The notes beneath the pieces were generated by a model, which saw only the letters and a list, made by a program, of their open reading frames with translations, was not told where the DNA came from and searched no databases. A program made the translations under genes and the position numbers. A stretch of DNA of 63,648 bases, the filler included, from an uncultured Methanoregulaceae archaeon (GTDB lineage Archaea; Halobacteriota; Methanomicrobia; Methanomicrobiales; Methanospirillaceae), in NCBI GenBank assembly GCA_964530035.1. It is 7 parts of 7 records of this genome, joined end to end, with 100 filler letters (N's around TTAATTAATTAA, not from the genome) between each part and the next. Parts side by side here need not be neighbours in the genome. Positions count along the whole stretch, not along the records: positions 1 to 9,264 come from CAZGXZ010000099.1; positions 9,365 to 18,563 come from CAZGXZ010000100.1; 5 more parts are not named here. The stretch is one strand, 5' to 3'. Of the stretch, positions 1 to 9,976 are shown piece by piece; within the stretch, counting starts at the first letter, position 1; each line of letters begins with the position of its first letter.

Positions 1-68
1 ACGTGTTCGCGCGAAAAGAATGCCTCAGATAATACCTTTCTGTCAATCAGAGCCGCCAACTCCTGCAT
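1..68 (-). CDS. rpoB2: DNA-directed RNA polymerase subunit B'' (N-terminal fragment, runs off the window start)
   Basis: Manual translation MQELAALIDRKVLSEAFFSREHV directly downstream of rpoH. Matches the RpoB'' N-terminus and the conserved rpoH-rpoB'' order. Exact start uncertain. Confidence 0.8.
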   Translation of the reverse strand, partial: MQELAALIDRKVLSEAFFSREH

Positions 69-74
69 CCCGGG

Positions 75-326
75 TTATTTCTTCGGTCTCCTGATCACAT
101 ACCGGTACGAAAGCGCTTCGCCCGCAGTATGACTCTTCCTGATGATGCGGATGACCTCGCCCGGTTTGCCGCTGATAGACTTAACAGCGGGATCATCATG
201 GAATATTTTGGGTAAATGGTCACTTGAAATATCATAACGGGAAAAGAGTTCAGTTACTTCTTCTTCGCTCATGATAAGGTGCTGTGGCACCATGTCATGG
301 TCAAGGACATTTAATTTTGAGCTCAC
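75..326 (-). CDS. rpoH: DNA-directed RNA polymerase subunit H (Rpo5)
   Basis: 83 aa with [27 protein letters not shown]...YRYVI motifs. Confidence 0.97.
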   Translation of the reverse strand: MSSKLNVLDHDMVPQHLIMSEEEVTELFSRYDISSDHLPKIFHDDPAVKSISGKPGEVIRIIRKSHTAGEALSYRYVIRRPKK

Positions 327-414
327 GGCCTACATAACCCCCTTATTTCGGATGTGTGCGTGATACGCTCCTCTCTGTCGGATCCATCCAAAAACCAAAC
401 CACTGTTGTGGAAG

Positions 415-488
415 CGGGCCCGAGGGGATTTGAACCCCCGGCCACCTGGTTAAAAGCCAGGCGCTCTACCGAACTGAGCTACGGACCC
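415..488 (-). tRNA. tRNA-Lys(UUU)
   Basis: Reverse complement GGGTCCGTAGCTCAGTTCGGTAGAGCGCCTGGCTTTTAACCAGGTGGCCGGGGGTTCAAATCCCCTCGGGCCCG folds as a cloverleaf. Anticodon TTT, no intron, CCA not encoded. Confidence 0.97.
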
Positions 489-530
489 CACCCACTTTCG
501 TGAGACAGCATTAGTACAACGCACGAAAAG

Positions 531-545
531 AATATAAAGGCTTTG
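531..545 (-). promoter_or_regulatory. Probable archaeal BRE/TATA promoter for tRNA-Lys
   Basis: Minus strand CAAAGCCTTTATATT about 45 nt upstream of the tRNA 5' end. Confidence 0.55.
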
Positions 546-870
546 TAATTCCGGCTCCGGTACTGCCAGGGGGTCCTTTCCTGTACAAGGAACAACGTCG
601 GCGTATGCTATGAACCTTGTGGTTTTTTAGCGCGCAGGACCCGGCTTTAAACTTTTTTTCCTGCATGAATCACCGGCCAGATGCGTCTGCCTGCCGTTAT
701 GTCGCCAGCCTCGTTGTCCGGTCACCCCGGAGAAGGCAGATTATGCTGCCACCCTTTCCATGCTACCTTTTAATTGTCCAAAACACGAAACCTCGTATAC
801 TATGGCGTCTACCGGGGCTTGGGTCCGTCAGCAGCGGGATCTATTCAGGCCTCAGGCCACTCATGCCATT

Positions 871-1956
871 ATGGCAATGCGCCATATAGGAAAAAGCGAG
901 TCAAGACGGCTTTTTTCACCAGACCAGGCTGTAATGCGGTCTACCGAAGGCCGGTGGTTCGAACTTATTGTATACGAGATGTTTCTTGCGGCTGCAAGGA
1001 AAACGGACCATATCTCAAAAGTTGTTTACAAGGCAAAAGACGCACCATCGGAACGAGTCCCGGTTAAACTTGGACAGAACGGGTTATTTTATTCAAGGAA
1101 CGGGGATATCACGATCAGGGGGAACGGTCAGGACCTCGCTGAGTTTGACATCCTTTTCATCGACGGGGATGGGCTTGTCGGATTTGGGGAGGCAATTACC
1201 TCGCCAGCAGACCTTAAGGAGTTTGAGGTCGAGATTGCCTACAAAAAGACTCTCCTTGCCTATCTCTTCAAGCAATCATTCACCCCCTTCATCCTTGCCT
1301 CAACTTTTGATATCCGGACTTCATCGATTGGGAAAAGGATACTCGCCGATCCCAATAATGCGTTTATCTTGTCTCCGCCCTGCGAGGACCTGAAGGCGTT
1401 CATCAGGGGCAGGACTATGATTCACCACACGAGGGGCATGATCCCGAACCCAAAAGGCATTATTGCCAACGGAATCGGCCTTAAGTGTCCCTTTGACTAC
1501 AGGAGGTACCATGATACCGAACGGGACCGTGTTTTCTCCTGGATAGAGGGAAGAACGAGAAAACAATCAGCTCTTCCGCCACAGGAAGGGACAGGGAGGC
1601 TCGTAAAAAAGATTCTTTATGGGTCTCTTTATCCAGCTGCCATCAGGCACATCTGCCAGCAACGCAGGTTTACGATCAGGGGGGAGCAGATCGACTACAC
1701 CGCACTCCACCAACAGTTTTCAAAAGCCATAATTGCAACCGACCTCCCTGATTTCTCACTCATTATCTATCTCAGATCACGGGACCGGCGTGAATACTAC
1801 AAGATGGTCCAGGACAGGTACGGTAACTTCAAATTCGAACGGACAACCCCCCCAAAGGTCGGTTTTTTCCTCTGGCTCGAGGTCCTGCCCCCCACCCTTG
1901 GTGCCAAGGTCACGTGCGATATCCTCGACGTGTTTACCCGTACAACAAAAAAATGA
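871..1956 (+). CDS. Hypothetical protein with possible PD-(D/E)XK-like N-terminal domain
   Basis: Long ORF (open from 760; start uncertain, 871/877 likely). Motifs EGRWFELIVYE, AEFDILF, GEAITS. Confidence 0.6.
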   Translation: MAMRHIGKSESRRLFSPDQAVMRSTEGRWFELIVYEMFLAAARKTDHISKVVYKAKDAPSERVPVKLGQNGLFYSRNGDITIRGNGQDLAEFDILFIDGDGLVGFGEAITSPADLKEFEVEIAYKKTLLAYLFKQSFTPFILASTFDIRTSSIGKRILADPNNAFILSPPCEDLKAFIRGRTMIHHTRGMIPNPKGIIANGIGLKCPFDYRRYHDTERDRVFSWIEGRTRKQSALPPQEGTGRLVKKILYGSLYPAAIRHICQQRRFTIRGEQIDYTALHQQFSKAIIATDLPDFSLIIYLRSRDRREYYKMVQDRYGNFKFERTTPPKVGFFLWLEVLPPTLGAKVTCDILDVFTRTTKK

Positions 1957-2061
1957 GACACCCCAGAGTTCCGGCAGGAGTCAGGTCCAGAGATCTCTGA
2001 CCTGCAATCCCGATGCACCGGCAGCTGTTCCTTCTAAAACGAAGTGAAGGACGGAAAAAAA

Positions 2062-3657
2062 TTAGTCGAGGAGGACCGAGAGGGCCGCGTCCCTGTACGA
2101 GTCCATTACATAGGGAATACCCGATATCTTTGACGCTTCCTCTGTAAGTGCCATCAGGTCATTCCTTGATATCGAGGGCAACGAGAAGTTTCGGCTTCCC
2201 GCCATGATCTGCTGGAGCCCTGTCCTGAATTTCTGCGAATACGTGTAGATGCCGATTGCACCGGCAGGTATTTCCTTCATCCTTGCCCCGTATTTCTCCT
2301 TGAGCTCCTCATAGGCAACAAAGATCTCTTCCATGCGGGAACCGTACTTCGAGACTGACTTCGGCAGGTCCTTGGCTTCAAGCCATTTCGCGATGTTCTT
2401 GCCGACCATTCCCGGAATCATGAGTCCCCTGCCAAGACATACCGCCCTGACATACGGACTACCCATGGCCAGGGCCTTGAACACGTTTGCCTCATCCGAG
2501 AAACCTCCTGCCATGGCAATGTCGGGTACGCGGATTCCGCGTTTCTTCAGCCTCTCACAATACTCATAGGTAAGCGCCTGGAGGTAGAATGTCGGGATAC
2601 CCCATTCGTTCATCATGGGCCACGGGCTCATACCAGTGCCACCTGGTGCACCATCTATCGTCAGGAGGTCGATTTTTGCTTCCGCCCCATACCTGATGGC
2701 CATTGCAAGTTCCACTGCTGAATAGGCACCGGTCTTCAGGGTCACTCTCTTGAACCCGACATCACGGAGTCTGTCAACCTCCTCGAGGAAACCTTCCTTG
2801 CTGACAAACCCGAGTCTTGAATGTCGTTCGAACTCCTTGATGGCCCCTTCCTTGAAGGCTTTCTTGATATCTGACTGGGTCGGGTCAGGAAGTACGATAT
2901 AACCACGCTTTTTTAATTCTTCTGCTCTTTCAAGGCTTTTTACCTTGATTTCCCCGCCTATACATTTTGCACCCTGGCCCCACTTGAGCTCAATCGTATC
3001 AAGATTGTGCTTCGATGCGACATATTCCGCGGTTCCAAGCCGCGTGTCCTCCACGTTCATCTGGACAAGGATCTCACCAAAGCCCTCGTGGAACTTCTTA
3101 TAGGTCTCTATCCGCCGGTCCATCTCAGGGGACTTACTTACCTTTCCCTTCGAGTCACGGACAAGATCCGGATCGACACCACAAACGTTCTCACCACACA
3201 CAAGGGTTATCCCGGATATGGCAGCACCAACGGCGAAGTGCTCCCAGTTCGCCCGGGCGATCTCGGTTGATCCGAGCGCACCGGTGAAAATGGGAACCCG
3301 CATCGGGACCTTGATGTCCCATCCGTATGAGGTGGTGGTGTCCACGGAGGAGAAAACCGCGGTGTCAGGACCGACCTCAACGCCATCAGGGAGCCCTTTC
3401 GCTCCCATGGCATACCCGTGAATGTTGATGTGCGAGTAATCGACAGGGTAATTCTTGTCTGCTCCTGCCGTCATCTCCCCGAACGGGCCTGGATACAGGA
3501 CCTCACGGCCGCGGAACGATGAAAGCCAGATCTCACAGGACCCTTTACACCCGTCAACACAACGGGTGCAGATCCCCGACATCGGAACGACATTCCTAGA
3601 GCGATTTACCGTTCCGGTCGCTTCATTGGCATTAGGTTGTCTAAGATTCATGCTCAT
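2062..3657 (-). CDS. FMN-binding glutamate synthase family protein (stand-alone FMN domain)
   Basis: 531 aa. IELKWGQGAKCIGGE, TIDGAPGGTG and MAGGF..KALAMG motifs; N-terminal CTRCVDGCKGSC. Confidence 0.9.
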   Translation of the reverse strand: MSMNLRQPNANEATGTVNRSRNVVPMSGICTRCVDGCKGSCEIWLSSFRGREVLYPGPFGEMTAGADKNYPVDYSHINIHGYAMGAKGLPDGVEVGPDTAVFSSVDTTTSYGWDIKVPMRVPIFTGALGSTEIARANWEHFAVGAAISGITLVCGENVCGVDPDLVRDSKGKVSKSPEMDRRIETYKKFHEGFGEILVQMNVEDTRLGTAEYVASKHNLDTIELKWGQGAKCIGGEIKVKSLERAEELKKRGYIVLPDPTQSDIKKAFKEGAIKEFERHSRLGFVSKEGFLEEVDRLRDVGFKRVTLKTGAYSAVELAMAIRYGAEAKIDLLTIDGAPGGTGMSPWPMMNEWGIPTFYLQALTYEYCERLKKRGIRVPDIAMAGGFSDEANVFKALAMGSPYVRAVCLGRGLMIPGMVGKNIAKWLEAKDLPKSVSKYGSRMEEIFVAYEELKEKYGARMKEIPAGAIGIYTYSQKFRTGLQQIMAGSRNFSLPSISRNDLMALTEEASKISGIPYVMDSYRDAALSVLLD

Positions 3658-3832
3658 CTCACCAAAGATAGCATTTTTTTCTCTTGCACGTTACGTTTGA
3701 GGCTTTTTTAAAAAAGTCACAAACAAAAAATGATGAGTTAAATAGAGTAATAAGCCCTCTTCTTTCTCCCGCTTATAAATTTATCTGGTCCGGGTTGTTG
3801 GAATAACCTGAAATATCAATAATCAGGGATTT

Positions 3833-4939
3833 TTATAGGGTTACAAGGTGATAAGAACGACTGCCAAGCCCCATCTCCTGGGCATACCGCAGCTGGTAAT
3901 CACTCCTTGTCCAGGCCCTCATCCCTGTAAACTTATCCTCACCCGGGCATGATCCGGAGTCCAGGAATGACCCCGGAAGCCCGGTCTGCTGGTTCACCAG
4001 GTCAAAACTCGCAGCGTCCAGGGCAACAGGGTCATCAGATGCAAGAATCCCTATATCAGGGACGATAGGAGTGTCACTCCAGGGAACGCAGTCGCAGTCA
4101 GGGGTGATCCGGAGGAGAAAATTCATGTATCCGACTCTTTTTTTCTTTCCTTCAACAACGGCACATGCATATTCGACTACCCTTTCGAGAAAAGGCTCTA
4201 TCTCGGTTTCCCAGTCGATCTCAATCGCGCGCGACGGACATACCGTCATACATTCGAAGCATCCGATGCAGGATTCCCGGTCTATTCGGGCCTTCGTTTC
4301 AGTTACCCTCACTGCATCTGCAGGACAGGCACTTTCACACCTGCCACAACCGGTGCAGAGTTCCGTCCTTGAAAACGGGCGGGCAGCATGTTGCTCACGC
4401 TTGCCGGCAGGCGTGGCACATCCCATCCCGAGGTTCTTGATGGCCCCACCGAACCCTGCAACCTCGTGCCCCTTGAAATGAGAAAGAACTACCATGGAAT
4501 CAGCTGCGGCGATATCTCCTGCAATCATTGCTTTTTTAATATTCCTGCCCGATAAGGGGACAGGAACCGAATTTTGTCCCCTTATCCCATCCGCAATGAT
4601 AACGGGGGCCCCCACAACAGCGTAAGCAAAACCATGTGCTATTGCCGTTTCAAGATGGTCAACAGCGTTCCCCCTGCTCCCCAGGTACAGCGTGTTGGTA
4701 TCGGTAAGAAACGGCTTGGCACCTGCTTCCCTGATCCGGTCCACCACTGCCCTGACATATACGGGATTGATGTAACTGTCATTGCCCCGCTCACCGAAGT
4801 GAAGCTTTACCGCCGTCCTGTCACCTTTCGAAATACCAGCCGTAAGCCCCGCTGCGGCGAAGAGATCCCGCACCTTCGACACCATGCTTGAGTGTTCATC
4901 CCTGCTCCTGATGTCGGCAAAAAAAACAGAAGAACTCAT
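3833..4939 (-). CDS. DUF362 domain protein with 2x[4Fe-4S] ferredoxin domain
   Basis: AVKLHFGE, SHFKGH..GFGGAIKNLGMG, two CxxCxxCxxxCP motifs, CDC. Start taken at MSSSVFF. Confidence 0.88.
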   Translation of the reverse strand: MSSSVFFADIRSRDEHSSMVSKVRDLFAAAGLTAGISKGDRTAVKLHFGERGNDSYINPVYVRAVVDRIREAGAKPFLTDTNTLYLGSRGNAVDHLETAIAHGFAYAVVGAPVIIADGIRGQNSVPVPLSGRNIKKAMIAGDIAAADSMVVLSHFKGHEVAGFGGAIKNLGMGCATPAGKREQHAARPFSRTELCTGCGRCESACPADAVRVTETKARIDRESCIGCFECMTVCPSRAIEIDWETEIEPFLERVVEYACAVVEGKKKRVGYMNFLLRITPDCDCVPWSDTPIVPDIGILASDDPVALDAASFDLVNQQTGLPGSFLDSGSCPGEDKFTGMRAWTRSDYQLRYAQEMGLGSRSYHLVTL

Positions 4940-5219
4940 CTTTTCACTTTCCTGACCGTATGGAGTAATCACCCCTGCCAAGCAATGAATTCACCCCCCG
5001 GAAATCGATTAGAACGGTGTGAGGGGTTTTCCAGAAAAAATCAGAACAGCAGGATATGGGAAAAGCAAAAAGTTGATCTGGTAAAATTCCTGGAATGACC
5101 CTGGGATACTCAGGGAGACCGGCTTTATTACAATCATTAGCTTATAGGGCGGGTGCTTGAAAGAAAAGTGGTTCTCCGGGCCTGATGAATTGGAAAAAAA
5201 CCACAGGGAGTGGTTTCCC

Positions 5220-5705
5220 TTACCGTTTCCCAAGGTGGTGGTCAAGATAAAACAGGTGACCGGGAACATCTCCCACAAGCCTGATCTGGGCAACAATGTC
5301 ACCTGCATTCGACTCCTCCTCGACCTGCTCCTTCACGAACCACTGGAGAAAATTGTTGGTTGCATGGTCTTTTTCCGTAATGGACAGGTTTACAAGGTCA
5401 TTTATCATCGCCGTGACCTTCTGTTCATGGGAGAGGACCGTGTCAAAGACCTCACCTACTGACTTCCACTCGGCTGGAGGTGCTTCGATAGGGAGCATCA
5501 TGGCCCTGCCTCCTGCCTCTATCAGGTAATCATAAAATTTCATGGCGTGCACTTTTTCTTCCTCAGCCTGGAGCCTTAACCAGTGGGCGGACCCCCGCAT
5601 GCTGACTGACTCGCAGTATGCCGACATCGAGAGATAGAGGTACGACGAGTAGAGTTCACGGTTCATCTGCCTGTTCAATGCTGATTCAATAGTTTTACTG
5701 AGCAT
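5220..5705 (-). CDS. ftnA: Non-heme ferritin
   Basis: 161 aa with ferroxidase motifs ELYSSYLY, EEEKVH, FLQWFVKEQVEEE. Confidence 0.95.
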   Translation of the reverse strand: MLSKTIESALNRQMNRELYSSYLYLSMSAYCESVSMRGSAHWLRLQAEEEKVHAMKFYDYLIEAGGRAMMLPIEAPPAEWKSVGEVFDTVLSHEQKVTAMINDLVNLSITEKDHATNNFLQWFVKEQVEEESNAGDIVAQIRLVGDVPGHLFYLDHHLGKR

Positions 5706-5991
5706 TTCTAGGACCTCCGTTACTCCGAATTGTTATCGGGTCCGGCCATATACCTATCGAACAGGGCACGTTAGCGACACCGGAAAGACGTTAAGGGTAC
5801 CACCGAGATGATTATTCTGGAGCCGGGACACGTCTTATGGATCCTCCAAAAAAATCACAACCCTTCCTGTGTTCAGGATTGAAGCCCCCCGCAAAGCAAC
5901 CCTGCCCGGGGATCCTGACACGTGCGTGGAGATTATATGATAAGATGATCCGTGCAAACAGGTGGAGATAAACCAGGAAGGAGGATACCAG

Positions 5992-6804
5992 ATGCGTTGG
6001 ATATCTGCCATCCCGTTCATCCTTTCATGTTCCCTCCTTGTCCTTACATTCCCGACCAGCGCGTACATCGTCAGTATCGATGCCCCGGCCGATGTCGCAT
6101 CGGGAATCCCTCTGGTGGTAACCGGCACTTCAACATTTCCAGCCGGCACTCCCATTTCCATCGTCCTTTCACAATCCAATGCTGCAGGGAGTGAAACCGC
6201 CCGCAAAACCACATTCACTGATAACAAGAGTTCTTTTGCAGTTACTTTTGATACGCAGTCCCTGCAACCCGGGACCTACAAGGTCGAGATCAGGCCGGAC
6301 AGAAGTATTGAAAACAGGATTGGTTCCGGGTCCAAACTCTACTCCCTTGTCACCATAACCGACCGGGTTCAGGACATCGGTATAACATCACCCAGGGTAG
6401 TAATGGCCGGAGAAACGATGACCATTGCGGGGAATATCAGGAACCTGAAGAGTGACGGACTTCAGATACGGGTTGTCGGGCCGCAGGGAATCCTGTTCGG
6501 ACCTGAATATGTCTCACTCGACAGGGACCTTGAGAAGAAAATATCATTCTTTGCCATACGCGTTCAGGCAGATACCCCGGGCAATTACTATGCCGAGTTT
6601 TTCGATGGCGAGCAGCCTGTAGGATCTGTTCTCTTTACAGCTACCACACCTTTTGGTACCAGAAACCCCACGATTCCTCCTGTAGCGACTCATCAGGCAG
6701 CTCTCCCGAGCCCTGAAACGACACACGCCGCCATGGGACCCTTGACCTCATTCCTGGGAGTGGGTTTCGTCGTCCTCGTCATCTCCAGGGGATTTCGTTT
6801 TTAA
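5992..6804 (+). CDS. Exported beta-rich cell-surface protein with C-terminal membrane anchor
   Basis: Signal peptide MRWISAIPF..SA, Ig-like beta-rich body, Pro/Thr linker, C-terminal hydrophobic helix followed by basic residues. Confidence 0.75.
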   Translation: MRWISAIPFILSCSLLVLTFPTSAYIVSIDAPADVASGIPLVVTGTSTFPAGTPISIVLSQSNAAGSETARKTTFTDNKSSFAVTFDTQSLQPGTYKVEIRPDRSIENRIGSGSKLYSLVTITDRVQDIGITSPRVVMAGETMTIAGNIRNLKSDGLQIRVVGPQGILFGPEYVSLDRDLEKKISFFAIRVQADTPGNYYAEFFDGEQPVGSVLFTATTPFGTRNPTIPPVATHQAALPSPETTHAAMGPLTSFLGVGFVVLVISRGFRF

Positions 6805-7503
6805 ACGTGCACAGGAGGTGCCTTTCTGACGATCCCGGGCCATGCGGAGGATCTCCCAGACAAGCAGAGCTCCGATGACCACCACCCCTCCTGCAATGAA
6901 ATACACTACAGGAGGTGGAAGCTGGGGACTATCCATAGGCAGCGCGGGAGGAGCTCCTTGTGATAGTTCACGGTTTTCCGGGCTGTACAATGATTTTTCG
7001 ACGGTAGCAGTGTTCACCGACGCAGGTTCAGGCGCACGCATCTCAGGGAAACGGTCATCCTGGACGGTCAGGGCGGACCCATAGCCACCGGCACCCGGAA
7101 AGTCCGGTAGAGGGGCATATGATGGCATAAGGCCGGCAAAAAGGACTGCAGCAACCATTAGTACGAGGACCATCCCGCCAAAGCGGGCAAGGAGTGCCCG
7201 GATATCGGTCTGCCTGGGTGCCATGATGACGAGCCGGTCGGTAAGGCGGTAGATCTTGACTTCACGGCCTTTGACACTGTACCGCCGTCGTGCTATCTCA
7301 ATCAGACCTGCATCGAGGAGGTTTTCTATGTGGTACTTGGCGGTCGTTATCGGAATGGATAGTTCATGGGAAACATCTGATGAGGTCTTCTCCCCCTGTG
7401 AGATCACCCTGATGATATCTCCTGCCATCGGGCTTGCCATCGCCCGTGCTATCTTCTGGGACTGTTCGTCTCCGGGTTCCAGGATGATGATCCCTTCAGG
7501 CAT
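6748..7503 (-). CDS. ArsR-family winged-HTH transcriptional regulator with two C-terminal transmembrane segments
   Basis: MPEGIIILEPGDE..KIARAMAS..TSSDVSHELSIPITTAKYHIENLLDAGLI..KGREVKIY, then two hydrophobic helices. Start overlaps the alaS stop. Confidence 0.85.
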   Translation of the reverse strand: MPEGIIILEPGDEQSQKIARAMASPMAGDIIRVISQGEKTSSDVSHELSIPITTAKYHIENLLDAGLIEIARRRYSVKGREVKIYRLTDRLVIMAPRQTDIRALLARFGGMVLVLMVAAVLFAGLMPSYAPLPDFPGAGGYGSALTVQDDRFPEMRAPEPASVNTATVEKSLYSPENRELSQGAPPALPMDSPQLPPPVVYFIAGGVVVIGALLVWEILRMARDRQKGTSCARLKTKSPGDDEDDETHSQE

Positions 7504-9264
7504 CGAGGGCCGCCCTGATACGCTCCATTCCAAGGGAAAGAGCGGCCTCAACCCGGTCAGTCCCCGGGCCTCCGCCCTGTGCCTGTTTCTGGTTTCCGCC
7601 TCCCCTGCCACCAAGGACACCACAGACCTCTGACACGACAGTCCCTGCATTCACCTTTTGATTTCCGGACACAAGAACCACCCGTACGGATGAATCGGCA
7701 GAGGCGATCAGGGCAACTCCTCCTGTTTCCGCAAAGGAGTTCGCGATCCTGAGCACCTCGGCGGTTGGAAGGTCAATCCTGCAGGAAACGACCGGGACGT
7801 TATTGATGACCTCGGGGGCGAAACGCTCAAGTTCCAGGTCTGCAAGACGTGCAGAAAGCCGGTCAATTTCTTTCTTCTGTTCCTTCCACTCGGAAAAAAA
7901 CCGTTCACAGGTCACCGGAAGCTTGTCAGGCTGGACTGAGAATATTGCTGTCGATGCCGAAAGCACGTCATCCATCCCATGGACTGCATGTATTGCTGCT
8001 ATTCCGGCGGCAAACTCTATACGCTCAATGCCGTCCTGGATGTGCTCAACCCGTACCATCCTGATAAAGCCGATCTCACCGGTCCGTGCGCAATGGGTGC
8101 CGGCACAGGCCTCAATATCACCCGCAACCTGTACAACCCGAATCTCTGCACCTGGCGGGACCCCGCCCTGGTACAGCGTGAACCCGTATTTTTGTTCCGC
8201 CTTCGTCCGTTCCTCAACGTTTATAACGGTGGAAAGGTCCTCCATGACCATCCGGTTGGCGGCAATTTCAATTTTCTGAAGCTCGTCGGGGGTGATGTGC
8301 TTGAAATGACGGATATCAATCCTGGAAGAACTTTCCCCTTTCTGTGCTCCCGCCTGGTGGATGTGGGGCCCAAGGACCTCCTTGCATGCGTGGAGGATGA
8401 TGTGGGTTGCGGAGTGATGGCGCATGAGCGACCACCGACGCTCTTCGTCGACAATACCTTTTACCCGTTCCCCCCGTTTCACGACACCCCCGGTTACGGC
8501 GTGGAGGATGACCTCACCGACCTTCATAGTGTCTTTGACCTTGATCATGGTATCCGGAGTCACCAGGATGCCGGTGTCCCCGGGCTGGCCTCCACCTTCA
8601 GGGTAGAACAGGGTCTGGTCAAGGACAACATATCCGTCGAATGATGCGAGCACGGAAGCTTCAAACTCCATCTGACAGGGCTGCTCGTAAAATAGCTTCC
8701 GTGTTGGTGGAAGACCTGACACCGTATCGAAGTACTTTTCAAGCGGGTTGTCACCCTGTTCCGGCTTGGATGACGAGTGCATGTCTGCGACCAGGGAGTA
8801 GAAGTTGTCAGGGAGATCAACAACCGCTCCTTCGCGGGTCGCCAGTTCCCGCACGGTTTCCGGAGGGATACCATGGGAGTCATAGAGGGTCATGACCTCA
8901 GATAATGGCACCCTCTGGGACTTCTGCCGGTAGCTCCTTGCGATGCGCTGCACGATGCGCCCGCCACGCTCAAGGGTCAAACGGTATTTTTCCGTTTCCC
9001 GCTCAAGGATCTCCCTTACGACGGGGAGTTCCTGTTCAAAAAGATCGAGGCCTATTGCCTGCATCTGCTGCTCGACAAGGTCTCCGATCGTTCCCTGCAT
9101 TTTGAGGTCGTTCATCATCCGGAGCGTGCGCCTGATGACCAGCCGGGCGAGGTAGCCCTCGCGCACGTTCGAAGGAACGATGCAGTCTCCAAGCATGTAG
9201 GCAAGACACCGGGTATGATCAATAACCGCATAGACACGCTCCACAGGAGTGATCATACGTTCGA
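7496..9264 (-). CDS. alaS: Alanyl-tRNA synthetase (5' truncated by contig end)
   Basis: YAVIDHTR, LYDSHGIP, TLFYPEGGGQPGD, editing motifs HHSATH and CAGTH, C-Ala GGRGGG. Confidence 0.97.
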
Positions 9265-9364
9265 NNNNNNNNNNNNNNNNNNNNNNNNNNNNNNNNNNNN
9301 NNNNNNNNTTAATTAATTAANNNNNNNNNNNNNNNNNNNNNNNNNNNNNNNNNNNNNNNNNNNN
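9265..9364. other. Artificial contig linker
   Basis: N44-TTAATTAATTAA-N44, stop codons in all six frames. Confidence 0.99.
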
Positions 9365-9907
9365 AGGGTATTTGCCGCTGAGCTCCGTGAAGTAAAACAC
9401 CAGTTTAAAGGGGATGTAACAGATGACAAGAGCCCGACCTTTGTCCTTCTGCCGACAGGGGAGCGGTGCAGCCGGGTATTCATCGTCGGTACGCTGACTG
9501 AACGCTCCCGCGTCGGGGAACAGTCGGTCATGCAGCGCGCACGGATCAGCGACCCCACCGGGATTTTCTTCGTTACTGCCGGGGAGTTCCAGCGGGCGGC
9601 GATGGAGAGGCTCATGACCCTTGAGATTTCCGTGGACAACCCGGCGATCATCGCGGTCGTCGGAAAGCCGAATACGTACGAGACCCAGGACGGCAGGGTG
9701 CTCGTTTCAGTCAGGGCTGAAACGGTTTCCATCGTGGACCAGGAAACACGCTACCACTGGATCGCCGATACCGCCCGGGCGACCCTTGACCGGCTTGATG
9801 CACTCGGGACAACGGAGGACTCCCGCGACGCCCAGGCGAAGTATTCGATTGATCCGGCTGTGTTCAGAAGAATGGCAGCTGAAGCTCTTGACCAGGTCCC
9901 GTTATAG
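9365..9907 (+). CDS. RPA-associated / OB-fold nucleic-acid-binding protein (5' truncated)
   Basis: Frame open from the contig start: RVFAAEL..SPTFVLLPTGERCSRVFIVGTLTE..RARISDPTG..AVVGKP..VSVRAE. Confidence 0.8.
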   Translation, partial: RVFAAELREVKHQFKGDVTDDKSPTFVLLPTGERCSRVFIVGTLTERSRVGEQSVMQRARISDPTGIFFVTAGEFQRAAMERLMTLEISVDNPAIIAVVGKPNTYETQDGRVLVSVRAETVSIVDQETRYHWIADTARATLDRLDALGTTEDSRDAQAKYSIDPAVFRRMAAEALDQVPL

Positions 9908-9976
9908 GGCCGGTACATCGCTTTTTTAGGGGAGATGCCCAGGGAAGCAGGTGATTAGTCAGGTGAAAAGGAGAAA

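Noticed and set aside
415..488. tRNA-Lys as an integration site
   Set aside because: Its 3' side leads to rpoH, with no duplicated 3' end or integrase on this contig.
3658..3832. NrpR operator upstream of the glutamate synthase-like gene
   Set aside because: No GGAA-N6-TTCC match seen; only a TATA-like TTTATAA on the minus strand near 3773-3779.
9265..9364. TTAATTAATTAA palindrome recurring every ~9 kb
   Set aside because: Artificial six-frame-stop linker within N runs. No synteny can be inferred across linkers.
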